Source: Podarcis muralis
Taxonomy: Eukaryota
Length of the DNA: 64,000 bases
NCBI RefSeq assembly: GCF_964188315.1
Contig: NC_135664.1
Coordinates: 2,790,001-2,854,000, forward strand
Direction: 5' to 3'
Below, one piece after another: positions 24,446 to 37,235 of the stretch. The stretch's first letter is position 1, and each line of letters begins with the position of its first letter. Under the pieces are notes generated by a model, which saw only the letters and a list, made by a program, of their open reading frames with translations, searched no databases and had not been told where the DNA came from. A program made the translations under genes and the position numbers.

Positions 24446-26669
24446 CTAGAGAGACAAAAATGAGACATTTCATTGCAATAATAAATTTTATAAAGCATAC
24501 AAGCGCTTCCTTGTAATATTTAATGCACAATGGAGAGTTGATAAATACATTACAGCCCTGTCTCCAAAGGACCGTTGATAGGATGGCACGGTATTTGATT
24601 CAGGGAGGCACTGAGAGACTCACAGTCTCTTTAACCCTATTATAATTCCACTGGCCAACCCGTGTCATCTCAGGACTTTAGACTGATGATTTGATTTGAC
24701 AGAATTGGTCAAACAGACAGGCCCTCTTTCCCTCCTTATATTCAAACGGAATGAATTTCAAGATTTCAGCAACCAACGAACAGTGAAAACTGTGTCGTGA
24801 GCAGAGAGTAAAGGAAAGCCTCAACCCAAGATATAATGACCTCATTCATTTGGTGTGCCCCCCCCTCTCCTTGAGCCACCTGCCATGTTGGTCTGCTCCA
24901 CTGGTCAAGGAGCCTCAAGAAGTGTCTGTTTGCAAATGCTTCAAAGAGGTCAGATGTGCGTATTCTGTGTCCCCAATTATAACATTACAAAAAACTGAGA
25001 GGAATGGGAGCTCATTAAAGCTATTCATTGAACTCCATGGAAACATTCACCATATGGAGGTTGTGACAGGCTTCAGTACAGGAGGGGAATATTTGCCACA
25101 CACAAAAAAGCAATGGCTGCTTCTCATCGCTTTTCAGATTCCAACATTAAGTAGGCTGTGAGCTGATCATTGAGAGATGATCCAAAGCTTGGACCATCTG
25201 TTGCTGGTCTGCAGATGTGGGTTCAAATCTTCAGACTCCCATCTACATAAGACACTCCTTGCTCACCCAAAAAGCTTAGCATGTCAGGGGATGTTTTACA
25301 AATAAAAGGTACAGCCAAATCAAAAGATACACCACAAGGGGGGCTTCTGTTTTAGCTCCAAGGAATATTTTGCTGTTTTGCCATCCACTGTGACATACTT
25401 AAAAGCTAGCTCCAAAAATTTCTGAGCCTATGGTGCTAGAGAAGAAGAAGAAGAACTGGAATAGCAGTATATATCTCCAACAGAAAGTTAGTGTGAACTG
25501 GTGGACAGAGCAGCTGTGATCATCATGAGGCATGGCTACGAATTTGAAGAACATACTGTTTGAGTCACAGTATTTCCCCCCTTGCATTCATGAACCTGGG
25601 TATGGAGAAATTCACTGGTGTGAACTGGTCACATGTCCACAGTGCAAACCACACTGCAAAAATAAGAATGTTTTTCTCATTCTCCAATAATTAACCCTAC
25701 ACCATTTCTGTTCTGACACAGAAGCAAGACCATCATGAATGTGGGGAGAGAGACTATTCTGGCATGTTCATGTAGTCAAGCCCTTTGGGCTTTTATGACT
25801 GAATTGAGCATTGTGGGAATAAAAAAGGAAGCAATAAGCTTGAAGGTTGACTTGACAGCCAGTACTTTGCATTTAATCAGGGATCATTGACTCTGGTCAA
25901 ACTCAATAAGCAGTTTCTGTCAATACAGTATTCAACTTCATCCCAGAAACAAGACTATCTACTAAAGCCCTGTTTACATAACACATCTTTGATCTCTGGG
26001 GCTGGTGTTGCCATAGAATCCAGTTGTGGCTGTCACCATCAAGTAGGCATTCACAAATAAAATCCTTCCTGAAAGAACCACATGTCATACTCTTCTTCAA
26101 GTTTATGACTTATTGTCTCCGGCTTGATTCGAATACCGCAAAAGTACTGCAGAACTTGTCACTGATCTTCACTCTATTCCATTTTATTCTTTGAGTGACC
26201 TATTGTGATCTTTCAAGTAAACATTGTCAACATATTGAGATGTAGTCTCCTCCTGCTGATTCACAACTCATGACATCTCTCAGATGTTCAAGAGAAAATT
26301 GCTGCCATCCAGTCTATTATTCAGATTGATGGCAGCTCTCTTCAGCCCCCTCCCCGCCTTCTCTCCCAGACTCAAACTGAACCGGTGTGTGACATCCTCA
26401 TTCATTTGGACATAATGGTCACATCTGGGTGAAACAGCCACAGCTGCTTTGCTGTTAAAAGATGGCCTTTTCCCTCCAGAATACCAACTTAAAACTTTTG
26501 AACTTGGGGATTTAGAATGAAAACTTGAACCATGATTTGAACTTGGAAGCCTACCACCTCACTAACTTCCCTGCCAGGATATTCAGATGAACATTTCCCC
26601 TTCCAGAGTGAGGGGAGTCACATTGTGACAGTGGGCAGAAGATGTGGCTGCCTTATATAAAGATTCTAG

Positions 26670-26670
<1 letters not shown>

Positions 26671-26718
<48 letters not shown>
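26671..26718 (+). repeat. (TCTA)12 [GATA-type] microsatellite
   Basis: Direct read. Confidence 0.96.
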
Positions 26719-26719
<1 letters not shown>

Positions 26720-27225
26720 ATCCTATATAACTAGGATAGGATAATAAGTTCACATGCCCTGGATGTAACCAGGATAAGGTTGCAAAAACAAATACCATAG
26801 ATGAGGTACAGTGTGGAAATAAATCTGATAATTAAAAGCCAGAAACTAGCTTGACCTAGAGATGTTGCCAGGGTTATCTGAGTTGACTCCAAATCAGGCC
26901 CACTTCACTTCTTTTACAATTCAAGTGTTATTTCTCTGAGATGTTCTTCTCTAACATGGAATCCTAAATAAAACTCTGAGCATGCACTGTCAGCATTTAG
27001 CAGACAAATCTCCCCAAAGCAGGTGCCTTGTAGGTGCATGTGGACACATTCTTTAGTTGTAAACATTTAGACTTTATTATTTCTGTGGAATATATAACTG
27101 GGCTATCCAATTAAACAGTCCTTTGTTGGGTGAGTATCTTTTCTAATCAGCTCAATCAAATCTCTTGATTGCTTCTTGAAAACTTTTTACAAGTTGTTTT
27201 CCTCCACCCAGTTCCAAAGCCTTAC

Positions 27226-27296
27226 CTTGTTCCTGGGTTTATTTATGGGGTTGATTTCCAAATGACTGTCATGCGGTGTGTGCAAGGCAGACCAAG
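27226..27296 (-). CDS. Candidate 71-nt exon (xWSALHTPHDSHLEINPINKPRNK, phase 1 to 0)
   Basis: Acceptor TTTGCCCTCTGGGAATTGCAG|, donor AAG|GTAAGG; only one frame is open. Confidence 0.45.
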
Positions 27297-27929
27297 CTGC
27301 AATTCCCAGAGGGCAAAATGATAAAGCACAGCACGCACACGCAAACAATACAAGCTGCAAGAGAATGTTCCAAAGACAGAGAAGCTTTTGAACATTTGCC
27401 GACAACAGTTGTAAATGCAAAGTCAATTCCCAATCTAGCCAAGGTTGCTTACTCAAAGTGATAGCGAGAGTAGCAAACAGGCAGAGTGGCACGACTGAGT
27501 ACCCAGGTTATGGTAGAATATCGAATCATTGTCAAACCACCTAGAAACAGGGCCCTTGACATTATCTAATAAAACATACACGTCAGAGGAAAACTGCTGA
27601 GTGTGAAGGAAGCTATACAAAGCAAGAACTGTATAAAAGAGCCCTCTGGAAATGTGCGCCAAGTTGCTGCATGCATTGGCTCTTTTTCGAGCTAAGCTGG
27701 CTATATACAAGTAGCACCACACAAAGGACTATGCCTTTTCCACACAGTTCGGTCCATAAATATGGTTCAGCATTGGCGCTTCTCCAAGCTAAGTTGGTCA
27801 TTTTCAAGTACTCCGCACAAAGAAGTATGCCTTTTTGCACACATTGAAAACCACAAAATACAGTTCAGCAGCGTCTACTAAAACCACGATCTATGTACAG
27901 TAGCATGAGCCTGCACTCAAATGACTTAC

Positions 27930-28002
27930 TATGTACAGAGAGCCAATGTACACAGCAATACCAAGCAGTCTCTGCATACTGTGATGTTCATATGAATTAA
28001 CC
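27930..28002 (-). CDS. Possible 73-nt exon
   Basis: Acceptor CTTCCTTGATTTCCGCTTCAG|, donor ATA|GTAAGT; two open frames (VNSYEHHSMQRLLGIAVYIGSLYI or LIHMNITVCRDCLVLLCTLALCT). Confidence 0.25.
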
Positions 28003-31000
28003 CTGAAGCGGAAATCAAGGAAGTTGGAGGGGGGAGTTGATTTGGGCTGGGATCAAGTCCCAGAATAATGATGCAGTTTTACATCAAAGGGAGCCGATCC
28101 ACTTCTGGCATAGAGACTGGCTGTCCAGATGGACCGTGTGAGGTTTCTTCTACTGCTGCAACCTGTGCTCAAGAGCCAAATGGCTAAAAGCATGAAATTA
28201 GATTTTTAAGCCTTTATAACACCAAACAAATACACTTCCTTTCTAATTACAAATGAAATCCCTGTTGCCATTTCTCCATCCTGGCATGCTGATTTGCACG
28301 GTCATTCAAAGTTCAGCAGGTTGGTTATTACATGCTGATAAGCTACTTTGCATTCCCTCTCTTCATCTCTACTTCCCATGTGATCACTCTCTGCCATCTG
28401 GCCTGTATATTCCTATGCCTGGGTACAGATCCTTCCACCTGCCAGTGCTGTCTCTCTCTGTATGTATGGTCAGATCTTCCTCATTCCAGATTCAGCTTTG
28501 TTCTCATTCTAGAAGTCCTTCTAGAATTTCTGGAATCATAAATGCTTTGTGCACAGACCGACACTGTTGCATGCATCCAGCATACAGATGCCAGCTGTCC
28601 CAGTGATAATGTTGAAATGGTGTAATCGAACAATATATTGCTTTTGTTTAGCCTGTTTCTGTTCCACACTAGCATGGGAGTTGTTTGCCCATGGGGTAAT
28701 TCAATGGGATTACAGAATGCATATAAATCTTAAAAGCACATGGTCAGATCCTATTGTGTGGATCTTTCCCACCTCATCATCCCTGTCCCAGGTAGCCAAA
28801 GACTGGGTGGGAGCGACCCATGCAACTGACCCCATGTATATGGTTCCAGTGTCCACATCCATAATGCAGCCACATATGATGCTGCCCCCCTGCTTCTGCG
28901 TGTGATGGGCCGTGATATCCTGCAGGTGTGGCTCAGGGGCAGCAGCTGCTGGAGTCTGTGTGCAGCTTCCCCATGTCACGAACCTTCTGGACATCTGGAA
29001 CTTCCTGAGTAGAAAGGATTATAAAAGGTTTTCTTTCCCAGCTAAGCCTTGCTTGCACAACAAGGTCTTCCTGAGGTCTGGTGAGTTCCTGTATCCTTGG
29101 TTGCGCTTCAGTCCTGACCTGACTTCTAGCTTATTCTTCAACCTAGCCTCCAGGCAGGGGTGTCAACTTGAATAAAATATGGGAGGGGCAGGTAAGCCCT
29201 ACCCCACACATAATCGGTCACATGATGCGATGCAGGCACAAAGGAGTTGGCTCCTATGGCTGCAGGATTTCTGTGGTGCTGACTTGTCCTTCGGTTCTGA
29301 CTTCTGGTTTCTTCCACAGCTTCTGTCTCTTGGCTCACCTCAGACTTCTGCTAATGGCCTAGTCCTGACAATTACAATTCTGTACCTATGGTGTAGCCTT
29401 GTTCCTATGAGCACATTTTGTTATTGAAAACCAAAGTGTCTTATATCCATGATATAAAATACGATGACAAAATGGGAGGTTGAAGTCACAAGAGAGTTGG
29501 ACAAAGAGAGCTGTCATTTTCATAACTACATGACAGATGGAGGCCACGCTGGGGACTCTCCGAAAGTTTAATCTATAGCAGCAACAAGCCCTAGAAGAAC
29601 ACTATGAGATGCTGACAGTTTTGCCCACTGCCTAACAAGATAACAGATGACAATAAAAAGAAAGCAGTTGCCCACAGTAAGCCCTGAAAAGCTGGGAGAT
29701 AGAACTTTTGGTTGGCTACCCAGAGACAGCAACAGCAAACATGGGACAGAAACTGGAATTGTTTCCTGCTCTTATTGGGTTTGGATCTACCATTACTGGT
29801 TTTCAATAATGTTGTTGTTGCTACTATACTAATCTTTCCAGTAAATGGAATAACTGGGAATGGCACAGGTAGCATCTGGGGCCGACTACAAAGCAAGACG
29901 ATCAGGGGAGAAATTTGACAGCTGGAATTACCCCAAGTTATACAGTCCTAAAGCCTCTGAGCATTGATTCTCACTTTACTGATTGTTTTAAATTGTTTTT
30001 AATGTTGCTTTAATGGTGTAACCCTCCCTGGGACCTTATGCCCCTTGACACCTTGGCTCATTGAGGTTTGATCTATAGGTGACCGTGCAAAGTATTTGCA
30101 AGCATGTCAGAAGAATCAAGCATTGGCCGACAACAGCTATCCTCATTAATGGAAGACAGACTTGCCCCCATTGTTCAGGGAAGGAAGAAGAGTTGTGGAG
30201 GCATGCTAATGTCTTATTTTACACCTAATCTATTTGCTAACTGCCAACACATGCGCACCACTGTATTTGGCATCAATAAGACCTGGAGAGAAAAGTGTTT
30301 TCTTCCAGGAGCACCCCCCCCCATTTATAAACAAACCAACAGCTGTTTGCCTCCATTTTGCACACAGAACTTCATTGGCACTCGTCTATTTTGCACCTGG
30401 CGCTCACTTGCCAAGTACACTGAGGACTTACAATGCATACTTGCATTGGCTCATGGCTCTTGCTGTTGGTCCCATCCAGCCTATGGTTGTGTAGCACACC
30501 AGCCCCCTTCCTCCACAGGCATAGCCTCAAACGTGATCACATTTTGTCACATGTAACTCTGCCCCTCCCTCAAAATATTATGCCCACATGGAGACATGCT
30601 TGCATGCACATCTGTGCGAACAGGGACATCTCTCTATCTCTTTCCTAGGTTTCTTAGTTTGACTTTAATACTTTCTAAAGCATGGAGGACAAAAGATTGG
30701 GAAAGTGCCAAATATCCTTTTATTTGATTTGGCAGGTATGTTTGCTCAGGAAAGAGAATGGAGGCAAATGGTTTACCTTTACATAGCTAAATAAGTCTTT
30801 TGGAAAGGCTACTCTTCTGGAGTCAGTAGGAATAGGAATAGTGATTAGTTCTGCCTCCAATGAATTCAGCCACGGCACTCAGGACTAATGGCTTAGTGAT
30901 TTTTGAGCCCAGGGGTCAGCATTCCTGTTCAACTCCAGGAGCCACAAGAGTGCGAGAGCTGAGAAGAAGTGACACGGAGCAGAGTGGGGTGCAGCTTTAA

Positions 31001-32534
31001 AACTAAGTGCATTAAATGCAGCAGCCACCAAGAAGAGCCTGAGAAGTGGTTGACATCAGATACCTACAGGGAAGTGACATGAATGAAAAGCAGCACTTAT
31101 CAAAGCTAGCATCCAATAAGGATGCCTTTTCTTAAGTCAATTAAGGTATCTACATTAATTTATCTACATGAACAGGCTGCATTCTGAGGACAAGATGCTT
31201 CTAGATTTGCTAACAATGTACTCAAGCAACTGGAACGGGAAAATGCATTTTATGCTAGATGAAATGAAACATTCCTTTAGTACATCCAAAATTTAAATCT
31301 AAATAAATAAATACATATAAAGAATATTTATTGCTGTGTATCTCAGGGCTTTCCTGCATGAGCAGTTTTTTATGCATGAAAGCAAGAGCAAAAGCCGGCA
31401 ATAACAAAATCTGGATAGCAAGCATTCAAATACGATGACATCCGTAACATGACCACACACTCAAAAGCTGCTATTGTTGTATCTCTTCCTTTAACTGGCA
31501 GCGTTTCAGAAGTATCCAAAGTGGCTGGAGGTTTTTCCACAAGAAAGAAGCAAGTTCAGAGCAACATTTCTAAAAAGCTCTAGGGCTCACATTCTGGGCA
31601 GATTGTGCACCATTTAAAAATCCTTAGGAATGGATGTGATTAAACAGATAAACTGCTTTGAGGGTTTTTTCTCCCAACAATCATGGTATATAAATTATAT
31701 GAAATATATAAACAAAGCATGCTGTGTCAAATATCACCTGCTTCATGGAAGAGATGAAAAAGGGAGAGATACAATTGAAACAAATATGTAAGAACAACCA
31801 CAGCAAATTTATGCAGCACTTTTGAGAGACAGAGAAAAATCTCAATCCTAAGTACTTCATAGAATTTTTTTTTAAACTCACAAGCTAACCCTCAGAGATA
31901 AGAATTCCAGAAGGGCGATGTGACACAAAAGAGAAAGAGAACAGGGCAGAAAACAATCTGGGTGCAATGCCAGGACTAGGTTTCGAAGGGCTGTTGTGCA
32001 AGAGGCCCTCCGTGGGCCTAACTCCCTCAAGGAGTCGACCTCCTCACTAGATTTTTCTCCTGCTTCTGCTTCTCTTCCTCACCATGTCTCCCACTTGTTT
32101 ACTACCATGAATTCTGGGGCTCTGTGATGGAAAAGTTGCAGAGAACATCAGCTTCATATCAGGATTCTGGGACTGGTAGTTGCACTTGCCAGTGAAAAAG
32201 ACTCTCCGCTGAGGCCTGAGGAGCCTCGTCCCCGCTGTGCTCCAAGGTAAGATTCTGGGCTCTTTGAACCAAGGAAGGTAGACTTGGCAGCAGCTCACAG
32301 GATCAAGCTACACCTCCATTGTGCTTTCACGTTTAACTGGGGCCCAAGCTTCTGTAAGCATCCCTACTCAAATACTTGGATATCCCTAATGAGGATGCCT
32401 GCAGGCTGGGAGGCAGAAGTAGATTAGAGAGCATGTGAAGATGGCGAGGGGGGAATGAAGCGGAACTGTTTGACTAGAATGAAGGATGCCTCTCGAGTGA
32501 AGGAAACATGAAGGAAGAAGCCACATACGGACAA

Positions 32535-32700
32535 GCCACCATAGCTCAGAGGGAAAGCAGATGCTGTGCAAACCTAACATCTCAGGTTCAGTTCCTGGCA
32601 TTTTGGGCAACAGGGAAGAGGGCTGGGACAGAGCTCTGTCTCGGGGCAACAGCCAATCCGAGCAGACAAAACTGGCTCAGATTGACTAAATATATGACAG
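32535..32700 (+). mobile_element. Diverged tRNA-derived SINE
   Basis: A box TAGCTCAGAGG, B box GGTTCAGTTCC, body ...GCAGACAAAACTGGCTCAGATTGAC similar to remnants at 20985, 36907 and 58400. Confidence 0.6.
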
Positions 32701-34597
32701 CTTTGGATGTAATGCTTTGTGACATGGAGTGAAAGAAGAGAGACAATGGTGGCTGAGAAAATCTTAGTCCCCAGAAACACTAAGAGCAGAAGTTTAAAAG
32801 GAACGCAATACACCGCAAGCAAACAGGTCACTGCAGGTTCAGGCTCCTGATAGCTTCACAAATTTCCTGTTTTCTGAAATTTCCCCTCAGCCTCACCTTT
32901 TCAGCCTCGCCACAAAAATCATGTTCCAAGCTTGGCTGAGCAGCCCCATTTTACACTTGACGTTCCTCTTGGGTAGAGAAAGTATACACCATTAGAGAAA
33001 TAAATCAGGTCATAAACCTAGAAATCAGGTCAGGCAAGTCTATTTTCAGTGCTTGACCAGCATCCAGGGTTCATTTCAACATGGCCCTGGCATAGACTCT
33101 GCTTCATCAGCTGAAATGACAAGTTCAGCTATGCTGTCTTTTGCTCATGGAATGAAAACCACATCAAAAGGCCGTCAAAGAAAGTAAAAGGCCATCCTTT
33201 GAAAGGAATGCTCCCAACCATTTTTCCATGTCACTTAAAAGTGCCCTTTATGTTGTTTGCCTTTTTATGGTTAAGGGAAAGTATCAATGGGATGTGAAGT
33301 GTATATGGAGATAATATGCCACCGTACCCCACCTTTTTGGGAAAGGAAACCCTGTCTAAACAATTATATTTCAAAGGTTGCAATCCTATGCACACTGTGC
33401 TTCCAGATGGCCTGCTTATTGAGCATTCATCGAGATTGGGGTTTTTTTTTTTGGGGGGGGGTTATATGGTGCTGTCACACTTCCAAGGGCATTCTTACCT
33501 CAGTTTCCTTACCACAAAAAAGTACCTGTGCCTGCACTGCCTGATGTGGGGCTGGGGTGCAGTTTGACCCCATCCTCTGATTTCACAGCTCAAGGAGCTC
33601 CCACAAGTGAGTCAGAAAACTCATTCATGGGTCCTGTACTGCAGATGGGCCTGGCAGCACTTTGGAGATGCTGGAGATATCTGGGGCAATGCTGGGGTCC
33701 AAGGAGGAGTCATCCTGGCTCCAGCCTGGGCCAGGCATGACATAAGCCAGCCTGCCTGGCAGAATACCAGCAGGAATCATTTCCCCCGTCCTTCCTCATT
33801 CCTTTTCCCTCTCCAGCGGCTACTTCTGCAGCAGCACCTGAACCACTTGTGTATCCTGAGAGGCCTAACCCCTCAGGTTTATGCTTGAGCATAGAGAAGG
33901 GGTCACTTCCTCTGAGCTCATCAAGCTTCCTGCCCCATAGGGATCTACTGTATCACCCCATAGTCATTGCATGCAGTGCTATTTCCATTCTGCTGCAGTT
34001 TGGGCTCTAATCGTCTTGCTGTCCACCATGGTGGAATTTCAAATAATTAATTACGTCATTTCACACCATTCATTTGACTGCAAAGGCTATTCATTTCCAT
34101 GCAAAGCAAATGAAATGCAAATGGGGAAAAGTCATCACTACATATCATCTGCAAATTGAGAACAAACAACAGCAAACACCGATTGCATTTGCTAGATTTA
34201 CTTTTGTTTCGTACATGGGGCAAATAAGCAAACATTGGCAATTTCTACTCTCATTTCTGCTTCCATCATAATTCTCTGACATTTCTACTGCCCCGCCCCT
34301 CTGAGTCCCATTTTGAAGCTAGCTAAAATTAGAGCGGGGGAATCAGTGGAAAACTTGACAACAAAGACATATTGCATGGCGCACATTCAAAGCCTCTATT
34401 GATCAGCATCCTGAAATGGGATGTATATCCTGAAAGTCAATCAGCTGCCCCAGTTCCAAGGGTCCTGTGTCTTGGACAGTGGATCTGTAGATGGAAGAGA
34501 AGCACATGTATTGCCCCTTAGGCTTGGCAGTGTATCTGGAATGTTCCACTATTGTATTTTTGGCAGTGGTGGCATATCTTGCATTCCAGCTGTGTAG

Positions 34598-34730
34598 AGG
34601 GGATAACCAACATGGTGTCCTGCAGATAACAACGGACTCCAACTCTTATCAGCCCCACCAGCCATTGTGGCCACTGGTCAGGAATGATGCAAGGGTCATC
34701 CAGCAAAATCTGGAAGGCACCACCTTGTCT
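34598..34730. mobile_element. Degenerate copy of the hairpin hAT MITE type
   Basis: GGACTCCAACTCTTATCAGCCCC..GGCCACTGGTCAGGAATGATG..CAAAATCTGGAAGGC parallels the element at 1622-1763. Confidence 0.5.
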
Positions 34731-35519
34731 GAAACTGTGTATCTCATCAGCCAGCAGATCTTCAGTATAGAATGGGGCCCTTGGTCTGGTCAATGACAAT
34801 AGCTGTGCAACATTACAGCACACAGCAAGTACAAAGAGAAGTACAAAAACAAGAAGAATGTTCATGTTGCTATTATTTTTTTAAAAAGACCTGGAGGTGG
34901 GGATAATCTTGATATTTTTGTTCCAGACTTCTATGCATAATTCAAAAGCTTCTGTATAAGAGCTGAGGAGCTGTATTTATTGTTACACTGTTATTTTGGG
35001 TTCCTGGTTGACAATTTTAGATTTTGAAGCTACCCAGTCATGAAATAGCACAACACAGGCATCGACTGATCACAGAGGTGTCTGATAACGCTGTTGGTTT
35101 GAACTTGCCAGACTCCAGACTTGCCAGATGTGAAAAGGAAGCTGAAGGCAGTGAAATCAAATAATCCTCCTGCATGGTGACTTGCCTATTGCCTGCCCTG
35201 CCTCCAGAGAACCCTCCTTCTCCAACAGCCTATGTTGTCACAATGCTTTAAATGAACAAGGATATATGCATACATTGCTATGTTTGGCTAACATCCTACA
35301 AGCATTGCCACTCCTGCCCCTCCTGTTTCATTTCCAGCTGCTCACCCCCACTTCTCTCATCAAAAAAGCTGCCCCCTCAGTCCTCTTGGGTGTATGTGTG
35401 AGAGATCCAGCCAATTGGCCACGAGTCCCCACAGCCTGGCTGGCTTTTTCAAGGACAACAGAAGTGGCTTGTTGGACCAAACTAAAGGTCCATGGTCTCC
35501 ACACTTGGCCATAACAGTT

Positions 35520-35670
35520 GCTCAGAACCACAAATGGGGAGAGTGCTATTGGCCTTGCCATGTCCTACTTCTCAGATTCCCACGGGCATCTGGTTGGCCA
35601 CTCTGATAACATAAGGCTGGACTAGATGGGTCTTTGCCTCATCCAGCATGGCTCTCCTTTAGTTTTTATG
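35520..35670 (+). mobile_element. Old CR1-type 3' terminal fragment
   Basis: CTGGTTGGCCACT...GCTGGACTAGATGGG...ATCCAGCATGGCTCT...TTATG terminus. Confidence 0.5.
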
Positions 35671-36906
35671 CTGTAATTTCCCTTCAAACACACACAGCCT
35701 TCCTAGACTGAAGCCCAGATTCTGATTCACCTTTTAGATTTTGAGATAGGAAGTTGGCCTTTGTGTTAAATGCACCCACAAGACTTGCTTCATCACTAAA
35801 ACATGTGCAGAAATGTACCCTATGATTACATTACAGTGATAGCCACAAATGGAAATAGGCGCAGCCTAATATTTACAGGACTTGCAAATTGTCACGCTTT
35901 TGTGGGCAGGTGTTCTGCAGACTCTTTTCCTGTTCAGTCTTTAGTCTTGAGCAGAGTTCAGAATACTAATGTGCCCGAGATACCTTTCTGGCTAGCCAGC
36001 CTGCCATTTCAAAATGCAAAGGTTTTTGACGTGCCAGGAGAAATATGTTTCTCTGTAAACAGAGGATGTCGCTTTCTCAGAGCCCAGGAATGCTCATCAT
36101 CATTCGTCAGCTCCCTCCCGTTCCCAGAAGGCCTCTGCTCACAGGTGTGGTTGGCAGAAGGTCACAGCACGGCTCCAGATGCTGCCAGTTGAAAGCCAGC
36201 AAGAGATATTCCCTCACTGCATGTGCTGGAAGCTTGTGCTCAGCTGAAAGCCGGCCTAGCCAATCAGTCCTCTACTTTACATTTAGAAGCAGAATCAAAT
36301 TGGCAGCCAAATTTAATGGGGTACAAGATGCCAGAAGCCAATTGGTTTTAACTCTGAACTGAATGTTGTAATCGAGTCTTTGCAGGTGGCTGAAATGGAG
36401 AAGGTGGTTTTACTCTCATTTCTCAAGCTGAAAGATATAGCCATTTATGACTGTGGGAATAATGGCTCAGATGAAGAATAACAGGGGACTAAGCTTAAGG
36501 CAAGTATTTTTAGCATCACCACTTCCTAAGGAGGCCAAAAGTGATACAGGCAACCGTACTATCCAATTGTACTGTATGGCTGAATGTTTTCACAGAATTA
36601 GTGCAAAACCATTGGGACATTTGAAATCAGCCACCTTAGATAGGAATCAAGCAGTGTCAAACATGGAAATCGATTGATGCTGTGCTGCAGGTCACCACAT
36701 ACACCAGTCACTTCTGTGCTACTTTCCATCGGACAAAGTGCTTTCCAGGTCCATATTTTTCTCTTACAATAATTAATTTTAATCACCATCAAACAAGTTC
36801 AGAAATTCACCAGGCCGTGAAGAAATTGGTCATGCAGCTGTGGTTGGCCCCAGCATATCAGGAGCTACATGCTGAGGTCCACAAGGTATAAACAGCAAGA
36901 CCTTTG

Positions 36907-37235
36907 GGGAGAGCTGTAGCTCAGTGGTTCAGTACAGTGGTACCTCGGGTTACATATGCTTCAGGTTACATACACTTCAGGTTACAGACTCCGCTAACCC
37001 AGAAATAGTGCTTCAGGTTAAGAACTTTGCTTCAGGAGGAGAACAGAAATTGTGCTCTGGCGGCACGGCAGCAGCAGGAGGCCCCATTAGCTAAAGTGGT
37101 GCTTCAGGTTAAGAACAGTTTCAGGTTAAGTATGGACCTCCGGAACGAATTAAGTACTTAACCTGAGGTACCACTGTACATGCTTTGAATGTGGAAGGTT
37201 GCCGGATCAATCCTCAGCATCTCTAGGTCAGGCTG
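36907..37235 (+). mobile_element. tRNA-derived SINE head split by a MITE insertion
   Basis: GGAGAGCTGTAGCTCAGTGGTTCAG|TA [MITE] CATGCTTTGAATGTGGAAGGTTGCCGGATCAATCC reconstitutes an A box/B box head. Confidence 0.7.
36935..37176. mobile_element. Tc1/mariner (Tigger-like) MITE, 242 bp
   Basis: TIR CAGTGGTACCTC..GGTTA ... TAACCTGAGGTACCACTG; TA TSD on both sides (36933-34, 37177-78); repeated internal CTTCAGGTTA motif. Confidence 0.93.

Noticed and set aside
28710-28994. Minus-strand ORF with QKQGGSIICGC, faintly like Tc1 transposase KHGGGSIMVWGC
   Set aside because: No DDE motifs or TIRs; the similarity is too short.
29042-29080. Plus-strand 39-nt exon-like unit with strong AG/GT sites
   Set aside because: Isolated and on the opposite strand to the other candidates. 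It shows that such signals arise by chance, which is why the exon confidences are kept modest.
34491-34865. Overlapping ORFs with a TM-like stretch and a strong minus-strand acceptor
   Set aside because: The core is a decayed hairpin MITE; no convincing donor or recognisable protein.
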